Notes: generated from the sequence alone by a model not told the origin. Numbered from the stretch's first letter, positions 13,500 through 27,610 are shown. The stretch: 64,000 nucleotides of DNA from Octopus vulgaris (GCA_951406725.2 OX597826.1:14074001-14138000), one strand, 5' to 3'. Made by a program: numbers and translations.

Positions 13500-15070
13500 A
13501 GACTCATTAAACGATTCTACATTGTTAGGGGCGACAATAAGGTTTTCAGGCATAACTACAGGTTCCCGCACCACTGTTGTCACATAACTTCCAGAAAAAT
13601 GGATACTTTGTCACAAAATTTTCAACAAAATCCGCTTAGATGCTATACATTCAGAGCATTTATGAATTTATGGAAACGAATTATTTGGAGGAGGTGCGGA
13701 GAGGAGTTTCGGATAATTAACACGACCTCATTTTTGTCCCCTCATAACTTTGAGGAAAATTGGTATTTTTTATTGAAAGTTTATACAATTATCTTTGAAA
13801 CTGCATAAATTACGATTATAAAGAAATTTGTGGGTAAAAATGTTCTCCGAGGGACCAGGGAGTAGTGTTTCGAAAAAAAGACCGATCAAGAAAACCATAT
13901 AAGTTCATTTTTTTTATTCCACCCCCACTCTCTATTGTCGCGATTGGGGTGGGGGTGGTTGAAGCAATGGGAGGAACATTTTCGGTACTAAAACAAAAAA
14001 AATTTAATATTTTCAGGGAAAATCTGTGATTTGGCTGTTGTCTCTAGCACATCCCAGGATCAAACGCCTTGTTTTTTTCCCACTCTCACATGTATTTACA
14101 TTTTAAAATATTTTTCTTCCCATAAACACATTTATGTAATAAAAAAAAAGATTTGAAACTTTATGATTTCCTTTCAACCCCTCTTCCTGTCAACCCCCAT
14201 TCTTTCTGCTTATAATTTTAAATACTGGAGAGTCTGAGAAGGTCATTCCTGGCATTTGCCCACACTGATTTAAAAAACAGTGGATGGGGCTACTTAAAAG
14301 ATAGTTCATTTTAACAGCATACTCTTCTGTTACAAAATATTTTCTTCCTCTCTCTCATGCACACAGGGTCCTGCAAGCTTGATGTGGGTGTCAAACTTTA
14401 AATTACCGTTTTTTTTTGTTGTTGTTGCTTTATATCCCACCAATGGACCGGTCGATTGTTATTTCCACAATCATCATTCCATAAAACGTTTTTATGGTGA
14501 GAAAAATATGGAAAAACATCAATACACGTGAAAGTGAAAACTAGGAAAGTAGTATTCTGATGTGATAGAAACAACAGCCAAATCTCTCTTAAATCACACA
14601 CTTTTTCCTCTGAAAATACATATTTTTCTTTTCTTTTTTTTTAACGAAATTGTTTCTCCCATGGTTTTTAGATGCTTAAAAAATTGGCTATAATCAGCCC
14701 GGAGAGCAATGCTAAGGGGGAAGCGGAGTGAAAAATCATAAACTTTCCAAACTTTGTTTCATAATATGATGCCCCTAATCCACCAATTACTTCCAAGTTT
14801 GTGGTGAAAAACAAATAAGAGAGTCCCAGTCAAAACGGACAAATCCAACTTACGTGGTCTTCCTCATCTGAACTCCATTTTGATCAAAACTCCTCTCCCC
14901 ACCCACCCGGAAAATGTTTTCCCCACAAATGTCTTTATAATTGTAATCTAGACCCTTTGAAATGCATTTCTATTAACTTCCATTCCAACATAACCATTTT
15001 CCTGAAAGTTATGATGCAAAAAATTCGAGTCGTGTGAAAACATACAAATTTTGCTTTTTAGGCGGACAGA
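13500..15070. mobile_element. Old non-autonomous DNA-transposon-like element with long imperfect inverted repeats
   Basis: 13744-13850 (cataactttgaggaaaattgg...attataaagaaatttgtgggtaaaaatgttctccg) is approximately the reverse complement of 14905-15013; a cataacttcc.gaaaaatgg subrepeat lies at ~13582. Confidence 0.55.
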
Positions 15071-16488
15071 GATAATAACGTGTGTATGTGTATGTGAGTG
15101 TGTTTGTGTGTGTATGTGTGTAACTATGATAAGGCGTGTTGCTTTATATTACGATAAGTATTACTTAATTTACTGGACAAAGGAAAGTTGATAGATTTCA
15201 GTTATATCTGAATTTGTTGTGAAAAACATTTTCCTCAAGTCGAGGTACCAGTTTCGGAAAAACTCAAACGATTCTGCTTCAATGGGAGCGAAAAAAAGAA
15301 TTTCACAGCAAATTTTGAATCTCCAACATTACAAGGATATGTATAGGAAATTTTGTTTTAAAATACACACTATCCCTAAATTGAAGAAGAAAGAAAGTCG
15401 GTGGGGCATTCTTGTGTAGGTATGCTGCATGTATAAAAAGTATACGGTCAAATACACAATACGCGAAGTGCTAGAAATAGGAGCCAACGCACCACAAATC
15501 CAACACAATTCTGTCTTCGCGATGTTCAATTTAATTGAAATGACACGAAAAAGTGTTATCAGCGGTCAACTTAAAAAACAAACAAACATAAATAAACTTT
15601 GCTTTTCATAAAGATAGAGGTGAAGTATTACATTTTTTAAAGGACAGAACAAAGTTGATTCATTATTGAATTTTAAACTTAGGTAATTTTCCTTATGTTG
15701 CCTTACACTTTAGTTTCATCATTGTCTAATTGCTTTCATGGGCTTCTTTTTCATTTCACTAAATAGGCACCAAATTTAGTTAACTTAAACCTACAAAATA
15801 ACTATAATTTCATCCTCATGCAACTTAAGAAGTTACTTTCATTTTTGTGTAATTGTTCCCATGAATCTCTTCTGTGGCATAAACGGCGTTCACCTTGAAC
15901 CTTTAGTATAACTACAATTTCATCCATGAGTAACTTTACAATTTCATAAATATAAAACCGATGAAAAGGAGATAATGCACATTTAACTTTCTCCCTTAGA
16001 CGGTTGATTTATTTCGGACTCTACCTTGAGTCCAATATTTTGGCAAATCGTGAGTAACTCTCTTAGGATGGGATGGCACGTAGAGAGTCGGGATCACATC
16101 CATTGTTTGCAGCCTAAAATTTTACTCAAGAATTAGATTTTAGTTTGTATATAGATGTTGTAACCTTTCTTGCAAAATATGGACAGACAGACACACACAT
16201 TTATTTTTAATTTATGGATTATGTATGTGCGTATATATATGTGTGTGTATGCATGTGTGTGTGCGCACGCACACACATATATATATAGATACACATACTT
16301 ACTCATTTGCTGCTCAAATTACCGGGAGTCTAACATGTCCAACCTGCAATGGTCTGTGTAAATCACCTTTAGCACCGAAAATACATATGCATAGTCATGA
16401 AATGCAATAAAAATCTTTGTATATATTAAAATTGTGAACAATGAAAACAAATTGACTATACTGTCGGATTTTTTTATCTATATATAGT

Positions 16489-16900
16489 TGTGGCTGTGTG
16501 GTAAGTAGCTTGCTAACCAACCACATGGTTCCGGGTTCAGTCCCACTGCGTGGCATCTTGGGCAAGTGTCTTCTGCTATAGCCCCGGGCCGACCAATGCC
16601 TTGTGAGTGGATTTGGCAGACGGAAACTGAAAGAAGCCTGTCGTATATATGTATATATGTATATATATGTGTGTGTGTGTGTCTGTGTTTGTCACCCTAG
16701 CACTGCTTGGCAACCGATGCTGGTATGTTTGCGTCCCCGTCACTTAGCGGTTCGGCAAAGGAGACCGATAGAATAAGTACTGGACTTACAAAGAATAAAT
16801 CCCGGGGTCGATTTGCTCGACTAAAGGCGGTGCTCCAGCATGGCCGCAGTCAAATGAATGAAACAAGTAAAAAGAGTAAAAAGAGTAAGAAAGAAACAAA
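16489..16900 (+). mobile_element. tRNA-derived SINE, family B (gtggctgtgtggtaagtagcttgct head)
   Basis: A-box tggtaag and B-box ggttcagtccc; internal (TA/TG)n; homologous to 22874 and 33415. Confidence 0.9.
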
Positions 16901-17372
16901 TTAACAGATAAGAACCATACAATATGTGTATTATTGTTATTTGTAGATAATGTGCTTTTTATGTGAGCAGCCGCCGTCTCATGTTTGTCTATTGTCACTC
17001 TTCAGTTCATCAGGTCATCTGTTTCGATTTTGTGATATTACTTCAAGTGTTTTGGTGATTTTCTGTCCTCATTACTGAATACTTATACGGCATTTCCCAC
17101 GAGATATTGGTTGAGGAATTTATTTTCTCAACAACATAACCTCCTCATTATTTTTTTGACCTGCTGTATCATGGCTGTCGTTTTTATGCAGTCTACAGAT
17201 ACATCAGTTGTAGATTCCTAACCTATATTTTAAAAAGCATTACATATTTTCGTTCCTTATACCTCGTTTCTCATCACTACAATTTTGTTTCATATATTTT
17301 GTATAGCTAACGTAGGAAGCGGAACACACAGGTCTTCTGATTGAACAACGCAGAAAAGCTTCCTCTTCCCCC

Positions 17373-17483
<111 letters not shown>

Positions 17484-17509
17484 TAATAATAATAATAATA
17501 ACAACGAAA

Positions 17510-18232
17510 CATAGTTGTAGCAACCCAAGATGAAGCGATAAAAACAAACAACTTGAGAGAAAACAGGTATGGAGAGTATGTGTTAGAAAAATGTTGAGCC
17601 CGTGGAACTTGGAACAAGGCAGTGGCACACTTTGTGACAGAATGCTCCACGTTGGCACAGGAAGAGTAAAAAAATGCAGGCACGACCAGGCCGTAAAAGT
17701 TTTACACAGCAAACTGATACAACCACCGAGTCGAAAGAGTACTGGAGCCGGAGAAATGTAAGATTTCATGAGACTTTCCTATTCACACGGACAAGAAAAT
17801 AACAGACCGGACATAACAATTATAGATTAAGTAAAAGTGAATCTGCTTAGTAATCGACCCATCACAGCCGTTTGATTCCAGAATCATAAAGAAATAGAAA
17901 GAAAAACACAAAAATACAATCCTTAAAAATTGTAATAAGAAGAATTTGGAACATGAAAACAGTAAAGATCATTCCTCTAAGAATTGGTGCGTTGAGAACA
18001 ATAGACAAAGATATAGACAATTGGCTGAAGAAGACTGAAATAGAATGCCCGGTAGAATTCTTAAAGGAAGTTTGTCTCTTAGGGACAGCAAAGATGATTG
18101 GGACTTTTCTAAGCACTTGAACGATGCTGAAAACTTGTGGCTACCTAGGGTTACAGGTAGTAACCCGCTACCCGGTTAAATCCTACTAGGAATAAGACCG
18201 AGCTTGATTTAAGCCCCCACCAAAAAGTAATA
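17510..18232 (+). mobile_element. 3' fragment of an RLE-type non-LTR retrotransposon (Dong/R4-like) within (AAT)n
   Basis: CCHC-like ..VAHFVTECSTLAQEE*KKCRHDQ, DFPIHTDKK..RPDITI and IGALRTI...EVCLLGTAKMI; flanked by TAA repeats. Confidence 0.8.
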
Positions 18233-18612
18233 ATAGTGCTAGGGTATAACAGATCGGACTGACAGGTGGTTGACAAGATGCACCACATTGCTATATATTT
18301 GATGTTGCGTACCCCATTGACCAACGAATAGTCAAGAAAGAAGGCGGGAACATAGTTAAATACAAGCCTCTTAAGTACAAAATAATTCGGCTATAGAAAA
18401 TGAAGAAGGTGAATATGCAATCTCAAGTTTTGAAACAAATATAATTTTCGTATGTTTTTTTTGGGGGATTCACTAGTACAACACTATGTACAAAACCAAA
18501 TATATGGCACCCTAGGTATAACACCAACATGAACTTCCAACTTGTTGTCTCTTGAGGTCTCTGAGTGAGACTTGGAGCCAACTTGTACAAATGTAAAGCA
18601 AAAGTCAAACAT

Positions 18613-18658
<46 letters not shown>

Positions 18659-18730
18659 TAATAATAATAATAATTATTATTATTATAATAATAATAATAA
18701 TTATTATTATTATTATAATAATAATAATAA

Positions 18731-19178
18731 TATTGTATAAAAGATTATGGGTAAGGTCAAAACAATGCGAAGTAAATGCAAGGTAAATAACAAGAAAACA
18801 AATATGTGAATTGGTGTAAACTTACCTTGTATTCAATATTTCTGAGTTATGACCCCATTTTCAAGAAATTGATGGATGTTGCCGATGTCGGAAGCACGTC
18901 AAGGGAACTGCCATGTACGCATTAAGGAACTCATGCAGGTAAACACGTCCGTGAAGAAACACCTACGGATATGTCAGACCCGGGAATTCACAATGTATAT
19001 CAAGGCAACACAGCGGAACTGGGGCAACCTTAGAATCTCTGATGCCGTTCTCATACACCAAAAGAAACCCAAGATGAACAATAGAAGGGAGTTATTAATT
19101 TACATATGTGTTACCTTGTGGTTCACCTTGCATTTACTTCGCATTGTTTTGCCCTTACCCACGATCTTTTATACAATA
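18731..19178 (+). mobile_element. Truncated PLE: GIY-YIG C-terminus bracketed by ~80 bp inverted repeats
   Basis: DVGSTSREL/HVRIKEL..SVKKHL..LRISDAVLIHQKKPKMN; arms 18731-18812 and 19096-19178 are reverse complements. Confidence 0.8.
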
Positions 19179-19225
19179 TATTCTACACAATGCTTCATAG
19201 TAATTATTCGAAAATAATAATAATA

Positions 19226-19665
19226 AATGCCTTGACGCAGTACGAGGCAATGGCTCTCGTGGTTTCTGATCTTAATTGATTCATGTCCCTTAGTGACTGA
19301 CGATATGTGCATCTCTGATCACGGACAGAAGTAGTGGAGAGCATCATAGCAATGTGCTGGGAGGAATTCGTTGGTGTTTGAATAACTCACCTTTGGAAAC
19401 ATAGGTGTTTGGTTCATCATCCTTACAAAAAACCTTAATCAGTGACCTCTTGAGTGGGATGGACGACTTGACCTGAAGAAAATCCTCACTAGGCTCCACC
19501 TGCAAGTTCATGCGTTGTTTATCTTGATATGAGATCACCATGTCGCGCACATATGGTTGAAGTGTATGTCTCGTGTACCCTTACAAGACAGGTAGTCGAG
19601 ATGGGTATATTAGGCTTCGTATATATGTATCCCAGTGTCACTTTGATGTTATGGTCTGCTCTCTC
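19226..19665 (-). mobile_element. Probable LINE 3'-end-derived repeat between (AAT)n tracts
   Basis: GC-richer 440 bp block bounded on both sides by TAA repeats; family assignment is by resemblance only. Confidence 0.35.
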
Positions 19666-19667
19666 AC

Positions 19668-19748
<81 letters not shown>

Positions 19749-19799
19749 GCAACAACAAAGACAACAACCAGAACAATAATAATTATCCTTTTTACTGGA

Positions 19800-19970
19800 A
19801 TCACAAAGCCTCAACTTTTGGGGAAGGGATTAATTCGATTACATCGACCCCAATGCGTAACTGGTACTAATTTTATCGACCTCAATATGATGGAGGGCAA
19901 AGTCGACCTCGGCGGAATTTAAATTCAGAACGTAACGGCAGACGAAATACCGCTAAGCATTACGCTGCCT
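19800..19970 (-). mobile_element. SINE family A, diverged
   Basis: ggcaaagtcgacctcggcggaatttaaattcagaacgtaacggcagacgaaatacc is the reverse complement of the family core. Confidence 0.8.
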
Positions 19971-20003
19971 TGAATAATAATAATAATGATAATAATAATA
20001 ATG

Positions 20004-20082
<79 letters not shown>

Positions 20083-21588
20083 TAATAATAATAATCGTAC
20101 AAGGAGAGTATAATATAGTAAATCTTAGTATACATGTGTTTACATCTCTCATTTTACTGAATAAATGATTTAGACTAGTAACATTTATGTAGACACAAAC
20201 ACTCACACATACATATGCAAACACACACATAGATGCATGCACAGAAGCACACATACACATACACACACATACACACATAAACACACTCACACACATTCAA
20301 AGAGGCACACACCGCGTGCGCGCACACACACACTCACTCCAACATCAATAGCTGTATTTTCTCGATTTAAATTTCAGTATGGCAAGATTCCACCAACATA
20401 TAACGCACAAATATGCTGAGAAGTTTTTGGAAGAAATATTTCAGGATGAGTTTTTTTTCTGAATGCTCTAATTAGAGTCCATTTTGCATTTATGGTAATA
20501 TTCCAGCAATGTATGTTAACTTTGATCGTAGGCAATTTAGATATTACTAGTCCCATGTATATCTGTTTGGCAGGCATAACAAACATACGTAAAGAGGCTG
20601 TGGACGAATATATGGTACTAAAGGATGCAAAAATATAAATGAAAAAAATAAAAATTCTGTCATCAAATTCGCAGATTCTTTCTTATTTTGAAGTTTAGTA
20701 GAGCACTTTTAAATAATATTTGGCTAGATACATATTATATATATATATACACCTATGTAAATATATTTCTCTATATGCGTGTGTATATATAAATATATAT
20801 ATATATATATGTATATTTACATATTTTGACATTACAGAAGGCGCTAAAGTTTCTCAACTATTTTCTGTATGTCTATTTGTAATGTGTGACTGAAATCTTA
20901 GTCGAATAATTTATGAGCTGAGAGAGTCGTATTCTGGAGGAAACACATGTTCACAGTTTTCCTATTGTTCCAAGAAAAATAGCGACCCTCCTTTTCTTTA
21001 CTGGTATGTTATGAAAATGTTTGGCCAGTGGTGGCGTGCTTATAATGACGAATAAATCATAAGTAAGTATATGATATACTAAATGTGATAATTTCTTGAT
21101 ATACTAAAATTATCGTCCCTTCTAAGATGTCACTGGTAAATGTAAGTTATTTTACATACCTCAGTTAATTTAGGCCATGGATATGTCTTCCTCCATTGTT
21201 AATGTCTAATTATTTCATCCGCTGGATTCCGTGTAAGACATGCGGCGAAATATAATGCACGCTAATGAAATTCATTAGAAATTATATATTAAAATTTTAA
21301 ATATTAAATAAATGTATTGAATGGTAAAGCCGTAGATAATTGTAATGGATGATGCAGGATATGCACGTCTCCTCTTTGGCTTAAATTGTGTGAAGATGTA
21401 GAAACAAGGGGGAAACGTTCAGAGATTTTGGACTGACTCCAAAGTGTCACATAAGATATCACTCTCTTCTACTACAAAACAAGTGGTAAGAACATAGTCT
21501 ATGTATGGCACGTAACTGAAAATGGTGAGTGATTATATCATTTTTGTTGCGTCTCTGGTAAACGGTTGATCTATAAACTGAAACTGAA

Positions 21589-21920
21589 GGCGCAGGGCTC
21601 AGTGGTTAGAGCATCGAGCTTACGAACGTGAGGTTGTGAGTTCGAATCCGGGACCAGGCTGCATGTTGTGTTCTTGAGCTAGACACTTTATTCCACGTTG
21701 CTCCAGTTCACTCAGCTGTAGAAATGAGTTGCGACGCACAGGTGCTAAGCTCTGTCGGCCTTTGTCTTTCCCTTGGATAACACTGGTGGCGTGGAGAGGG
21801 AAGGCCGGTATGCATGGGCGACTGCTGGTCTTCCATAAACAACCATGCCCCGACTTGTGCCTGGGAGGGGAACTTTCTAGGTGCAATCCCACGGTCAGTC
21901 ATGACCGAAGAGGGTCTCAA
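21589..21920 (+). mobile_element. tRNA-derived SINE, family C
   Basis: ggcgcagggctcagtggttagagc (A box) ... gagttcgaatcc (B box); TSD-like taaactgaaac flanks. Confidence 0.85.
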
Positions 21921-22873
21921 TAAACTGAAACAAAATGGCTATTATTGTATTCAAAGTTAGTTCTCAGCAGTGATTTATGCACGACTTGGTCTGGTGTTGG
22001 ATATGTAGCACTTGGGAAGACTTGATATTTGTCCAATGAGCCCATGTTGCTAAAATGATAGACAATTACTATACTGAACTGAATGCTATACACTGTGTAG
22101 TATACAGAGTTTAAATGTGTATTCTTAAGTCCTACCAAAACAGTTATTAATCCAAAAATATCAAAATAACCAGCAGCAATATGTCAAAGAGAATAAAATA
22201 ATCATGTTGCTTATCAGAAAGACTAAAGAAAATCTGATGAGAAGTTTCACATAATTTAAGCTGATATGTAACGGATCTGATGTCAGATAAACGCAGTCCC
22301 TCTCCTGATATAGATGACCACCACAACGTATCAGTTTATAGATTTCGCAAAGTCAGCAGTATTGAAAATCACGGGAATAGAGTTAGCTACTGCAGCTGTT
22401 TGAGACAAATTTCAGCCTAAATAAGGATACGATTAAGTGTTGAGAAGTCTTATGATTAAGATACTGATTAACTTAAAATCGAAGTTATATGGCATTTGTC
22501 TTCAGGGAATTCATTGATATAGAAGATTTGTCAGAAAGTTTGTTGGAAAATAATTAAAAGTTGGAACACAATTTACGCCAAATGATAGTAAAAGGGAAAG
22601 TGTGCGAATAATGTATGCGATAGAAGTTAAGAAGAGAATCAGATATGCAAACCAACGCTTAAGTTGGGATGCCTCAGTGTTCACTAATTCTAGTTATCAT
22701 AACATGGACGCTTATATATATCTTTGTGTGTGTGTGTGTGTGTGTGCGCGCATTCATATATATTTATACATGTATATATATATGTATGTATATATGTATA
22801 TATATATATATACACACACATACACACACATATAAAACACACACACATATAAAACACACACACACATATATAT

Positions 22874-23278
22874 TGGCGCAGTAGTGGTTGTGTGTTAAGT
22901 AGCTTGCTTACCAACCACGTGGTTCCGGGTTCAGTCCCACTGCGTGGCACCTTGGACAAGTGTTTTCTACTGTAGCCTCGGACCAACCAAAGCCTTGTGA
23001 GTGGATTTGGTAGACGGAATCTGAAAGAAGCCCGTCGTATATATGCATAAATATGTGCGTGGGTATGTATATGTTTGCGTGTCTGTGTTTGTCCCCCCAA
23101 CATAGCTTGAAAATCGGTGCTGGTGTGTTTACGTCTCCGTAACTTAGCGGTTCGGCTAAAAGACCGATAGAATAAGTACTAAGCTTACAAAGAATAATTC
23201 CTGGGGTCGATTTGCTCGACTAAAGGCGGTACACTTACATGGCTGCAGTCAAATAACTGAAACAAATAAAAGAAAAAA
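22874..23278 (+). mobile_element. SINE family B
   Basis: Colinear with 16489-16900; A-rich tail. Confidence 0.9.
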
Positions 23279-23430
23279 AGTGTTACAATATTACGGAGAT
23301 GTACTTGCATAGCGAGTGACTTGATCTGAGATCGTGTGCTGGAACGAAAACAATTGCAGCGTGGAAGGTGTTTATAAGCCATTTAAAAAACGCACAAAAC
23401 CATTAGATTCACTTCAACATTTAAATTTAA

Positions 23431-23480
23431 TTTGTCAAAATATTTTCGTCGCTTGAGACCGCGACCTGTTCACTGACAAA
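23431..23480 (-). ncRNA. Type-I hammerhead ribozyme with G3-C8 swapped core
   Basis: Minus strand: uuuguca GUGAACA g gucgc-ggucucaa-gcgac GAAA auau UU ugacaaa; perfect 7-bp stem I and 5-bp stem II, palindromic AAUAUU stem III. Confidence 0.8.
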
Positions 23481-23489
23481 GCTTTTACT

Positions 23490-24290
23490 CAACAACCTAT
23501 TGTTTCTAGGCTTTTGTGTAAATTTGTAAGTACATAGCCTAATGCAACTAGGATGATAGGTACAAATGAGTATTTATGATCGGGGTTAATTTATCATAAA
23601 TGTTCTTTTTTTCTTCGACTTTAGATGAGCAGCTAACCTCTACAAAAGTGCATAACTTTTCTTCCAAGTCACAAAAAAATATGCCAGATCTTTCGTGCTG
23701 GCACCGAATTGCTATTTATTTTGGAGAGTTCCACCAGTATGTCTTGTTTGTAAATGTGTCAATACCTATTGGTTCTAACATGACCTTGATATATACATCA
23801 GAACAGTCTTTCCTGTGGATAGCATTGCAAATAGTATTTCCAATTATATCATACCTCAGTTGCAGGTAGTATATCTTAGACATTTTGGGTTAGCTGCTGA
23901 TTATGTGGGGGACATCTTCCACACTGCTATAGCAGACCCGACATGTTTTTTATCACAACATGGAGGTTTAGTGGTCTGTTTGTCTCTCTTGTTTATCAGG
24001 TATTTATTAGCTATTTCTTGTTCCTAGATAGCGAAAGGCATCCAAGTACACGGCAAGTTACACTTCCTGTCAATATTGCCCTCTAGCTTTCGGGACATGT
24101 ACCCAATCTGTGTGTCCGTATGGAGAATACAAAACCACAGTAATGAAAAATAAACGGCAAAAAGGAAACGTTTAAAAGTGTGGACGAGCTGCAATAGAAC
24201 AACCTGATTCATATTAGAATATAAAGTAGAATTTATTAACTTCATATCTTCTTTACAATGGTCATGCAAGTGCAACATATTCTTGCAGGT
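23490..24290 (-). mobile_element. Highly decayed PLE-like RT/endonuclease fragment upstream of the G3-C8 hammerhead
   Basis: Weak motifs NSTLYSNM (cf. DFSTLYTNI), VYLDA (cf. RYLDD) and NAIHRKDCSDVYI (cf. GIY-YIG). Confidence 0.35.
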
Positions 24291-24299
24291 TCACAAATA

Positions 24300-24650
24300 G
24301 TCTTACTATAATCAGAAATAATAATATAGATACAGTATAAAAATTAATACAACCGGTGGATAATGCATCCATACCAAATTGTAGTCGTCAAACGTTACAA
24401 TGATAAAATGAAACGGATCACAGCATATACACGTCACAACAAAACGAAAGTGTGATTAATGTCGTATAAATCTTAGAATATATTTCAAATATGAGTTACA
24501 CACATTAAATGACTGAATGTTTATCAACGATGACAGCGAAGTACTTACACCAGTAACTATTTACGTCCTGCAGATAAACTGTAAGAACCTCTGATCGTTG
24601 ATATTGCTGATAGATTTAGTGGTTTAATTCTTCCAGACAAACTGAAAGCA
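24300..24650 (-). pseudogene. Cadherin-repeat remnant
   Basis: SEVLTVYLQDVN at 24559-24594 matches the cadherin linker consensus (T)V.V.DVND. Confidence 0.45.
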
Positions 24651-25399
24651 GCCCATAAGAAATTTGAAATATACATCCTAAAATAAAAAAAATATCAAAA
24701 AAATGAAACTAGAACATAGTCGCGACTTTAAAACCACAATTGAAAAAACCCAGCTCCCATTTTTCTATTTTTAAGAGTAAGGATATATATATATATATAT
24801 ATGTATATATATGTATATATATATACATATATATGTATATATACATATATATGTATATTGCTAAATAGATGTAGAGATAAATAAATGGATAGACAGATTG
24901 ATATAAATATCTACGTGTACATTTGCAGACACTCGCGAACGCATACAATCACATATACATCCGTGTATATACGTATCTGTATCTGTGTGGGTTTGTATGC
25001 ATAGTTGCTCTTCATGCGTATGTATCACTCTGTATGTGTGTGTGTTTGCATATGTGTGTATTTGTGAAGGATAAAAGAAATAGAGGTAGTATGAAAATAT
25101 AGATGTCGAAATAAATTTAGGAAGATACCAAATATACATAACTCAGTCAAAGTGATGTTGCAGACCATATAATTATAAGCAAAGAAAAAACAGCTATGAT
25201 TCTTACTTTTCTTTAAATATCAATTACATCAATGTCGATAAATTCATATGTTTCTGAAATGTTCAATTACTTATAGCGTAAATTCATCTTTTTCCTTTTT
25301 AACTAAAGGGAATAAAATTGATAAAAATAATACTGCATTTCTGGAATAAAGAAAATATTTTGAATGAAAATTCCCATCTAATCATTGTGAAAAGTTAGT

Positions 25400-25466
<67 letters not shown>

Positions 25467-25786
25467 ACACACACACACACACACATACACACACTTTCAT
25501 ATATGCGTGCGTAAACACATGCAAACATGTATGTTTGTATACATAGATAGAAAAACAAATAAAATCACATGCATTATATTATTGTGATACAATAGGACCA
25601 ATGGTTTAAGAGAGCGTTTAGAGTACCAGGCAAAATGCCTTGCATTTATAGTAATTCTTTGTTTTCTGAATTCAAGTGCCGCAGATTACAATAGTGCATG
25701 TATACATCTATCCATACATTCATACACACGCTTATAAATGGACACACGCATACATTTGCATACATATGTATTACATGTATGCGAGG

Positions 25787-26015
25787 GCGGCGAGCTGGCA
25801 GAATCGTTAGCACGCCGGGCGAAATATGTAGCCGTATTTCGTCTGCCGTTACGTTCTGAGTTCAAATTCCGCCGAGGTCGACTTTGCCTTTCATCCTTTC
25901 GGGGTCGATAAATTAAGTACCAGTTACGCTCTGGGGTCGATGTAATCGGCTTAATCCGTTTGTCTGACTTTGTTTGTCACCTCTATGTTTAGCCACTTGT
26001 GGGTAATAAAAAAAC
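25787..26015 (+). mobile_element. SINE family A
   Basis: Full-length copy; TSD-like tattacatgtat on both sides. Confidence 0.9.
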
Positions 26016-26399
26016 AAATATTACATGTATACGTGCATATTACCTATATTACAGAGTGATATACATGTGCGTATATATTGCGTATGAGGAGACTTATATA
26101 CGTATATTTATTCTGCAGGAATTTTGATCCGAAATCAGTCGTCTTTTATTTTCCACAAATATTTTTCGGTAACCTATTTCTATGACCTCGTTAATGATTT
26201 AGTATTTCCAGATGATTTTGATTTATCAGTTCATTTCGCTACTGTGTTATGGCATCACATCATGTGTATGAGTGTTGCAATTTATCAGACGCAAGAGCTT
26301 AACATGAAAGATTAATTCACTTGGTATGGTAAAATCATTTAAAAACTGAAACTTACTGATTATATCCCGCAAAGCGCGCCATTTCCCCACTTAAGATTA

Positions 26400-27560
26400 A
26401 AAATTAAAATAAAAAATACTACAACCGTTGAGTGTGTTAACTCTCATCCAAAATTCCCTTGTCCATAGCAAAAATACTCCTCCAGTATTGTTCTGACCTT
26501 GTCTACATAATTTATATTTTTTGCGTCAATAATTTTGATCGCTGCGGAATAAATGATAATCAGATTGGGCAATGTCCGGTGAATATGGGGGGTGGGGTAT
26601 CGTTTCTTATTCAAACTGCTCCAGCCTTTGGAATGTCGTTCTCGCTGTATGTGGCCGAGCATTATGCTGATGGAAGGACACTTTTCGTCTTGAAACTAAA
26701 GATAATAATTTTTCTTCTAGTGCGGACTTAAGCCACTCAAGCTGCTCGCAGTACAACTCCTTCGATATCATATTGTATGAGTTTAAAAGTTCAAAGTGTT
26801 CTAAACTTTTCATATCCCACCAAACAGATAACACCATATATAAGTGAAGACCGTCTTTAACCTGGGGTGTTAGAATTTCTCCTTTACTTACTTCGGCGAT
26901 TGATATTTTTATAGAGAACCCATTTCTCATCACCAGTCACTATACGATCCCCAAAAGTTTCATTCGTGAGACGTCACAACAAAGAATACACACATTCACT
27001 CTTAGCGAGCGACTAGAACCGGGAAGTTTGTGAGGAATGCATTGACCCAGTTTCCTGACTTTTTTGATGGCACGAAGGTGTCGATGAATGGTTGCATGAC
27101 CAAATCCAAGCTTCTCTGCTAGTTCCTTAACAATTACGATGGAACTTTTTCCCAGCAGGGTTTTCAGGACGTCCTCGTCGAGCTCAACAGATCGAGGTTT
27201 GTCTTCTAGGCTATAGTTTCTGGCTCAGAATTTTTGGAACCACCATTGATACTGGCTTACGCTTATTGTCCGATCCCTACGTACTGCATTAATATTCGTC
27301 GCACCTTCCTTTGCATTGTTACCTTTATTGAACTCATAAAGCAAAAGATACCGAATATGCTCTTTTGCCACTTCCATTATAGCTTTGAAAAAATAACTAT
27401 TAAAATCGAACTGCACTCTTCAAAACTTGCATTAAAGATAAGTACAAGGTAAAATTTCTACCTCCTCTAAAGCAAGTCCATACAGGTAGCTTATCCCGTC
27501 CCTTCCGACTTTTAGCTCATGCAATTGAAAAATCCGCATTATTTAGGGGATGATCCACTA
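26400..27560 (-). mobile_element. Mariner transposon (decayed transposase)
   Basis: MEVAKEHIRYLLLYEFNKG..WWFQKF (HTH), SVWWDMK..HFELL, FHQHNARPH and PHPPYSPDIAQSDYH motifs; TIR-like ggatcatcccctaaataatgcggattttt at the right end. Confidence 0.92.
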
Positions 27561-27564
27561 CGTG

Positions 27565-27610
<46 letters not shown>

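Noticed and set aside
16707-16904. ORF MATDAGMFASPSLSGSAKETDRISTGL
   Set aside because: Lies wholly within a SINE; a chance ORF
21589-21665. tRNA-like sequence with A and B boxes (also 31310-31385)
   Set aside because: No proper acceptor stem, and it continues into a repeat body; it is a SINE head, not a tRNA gene
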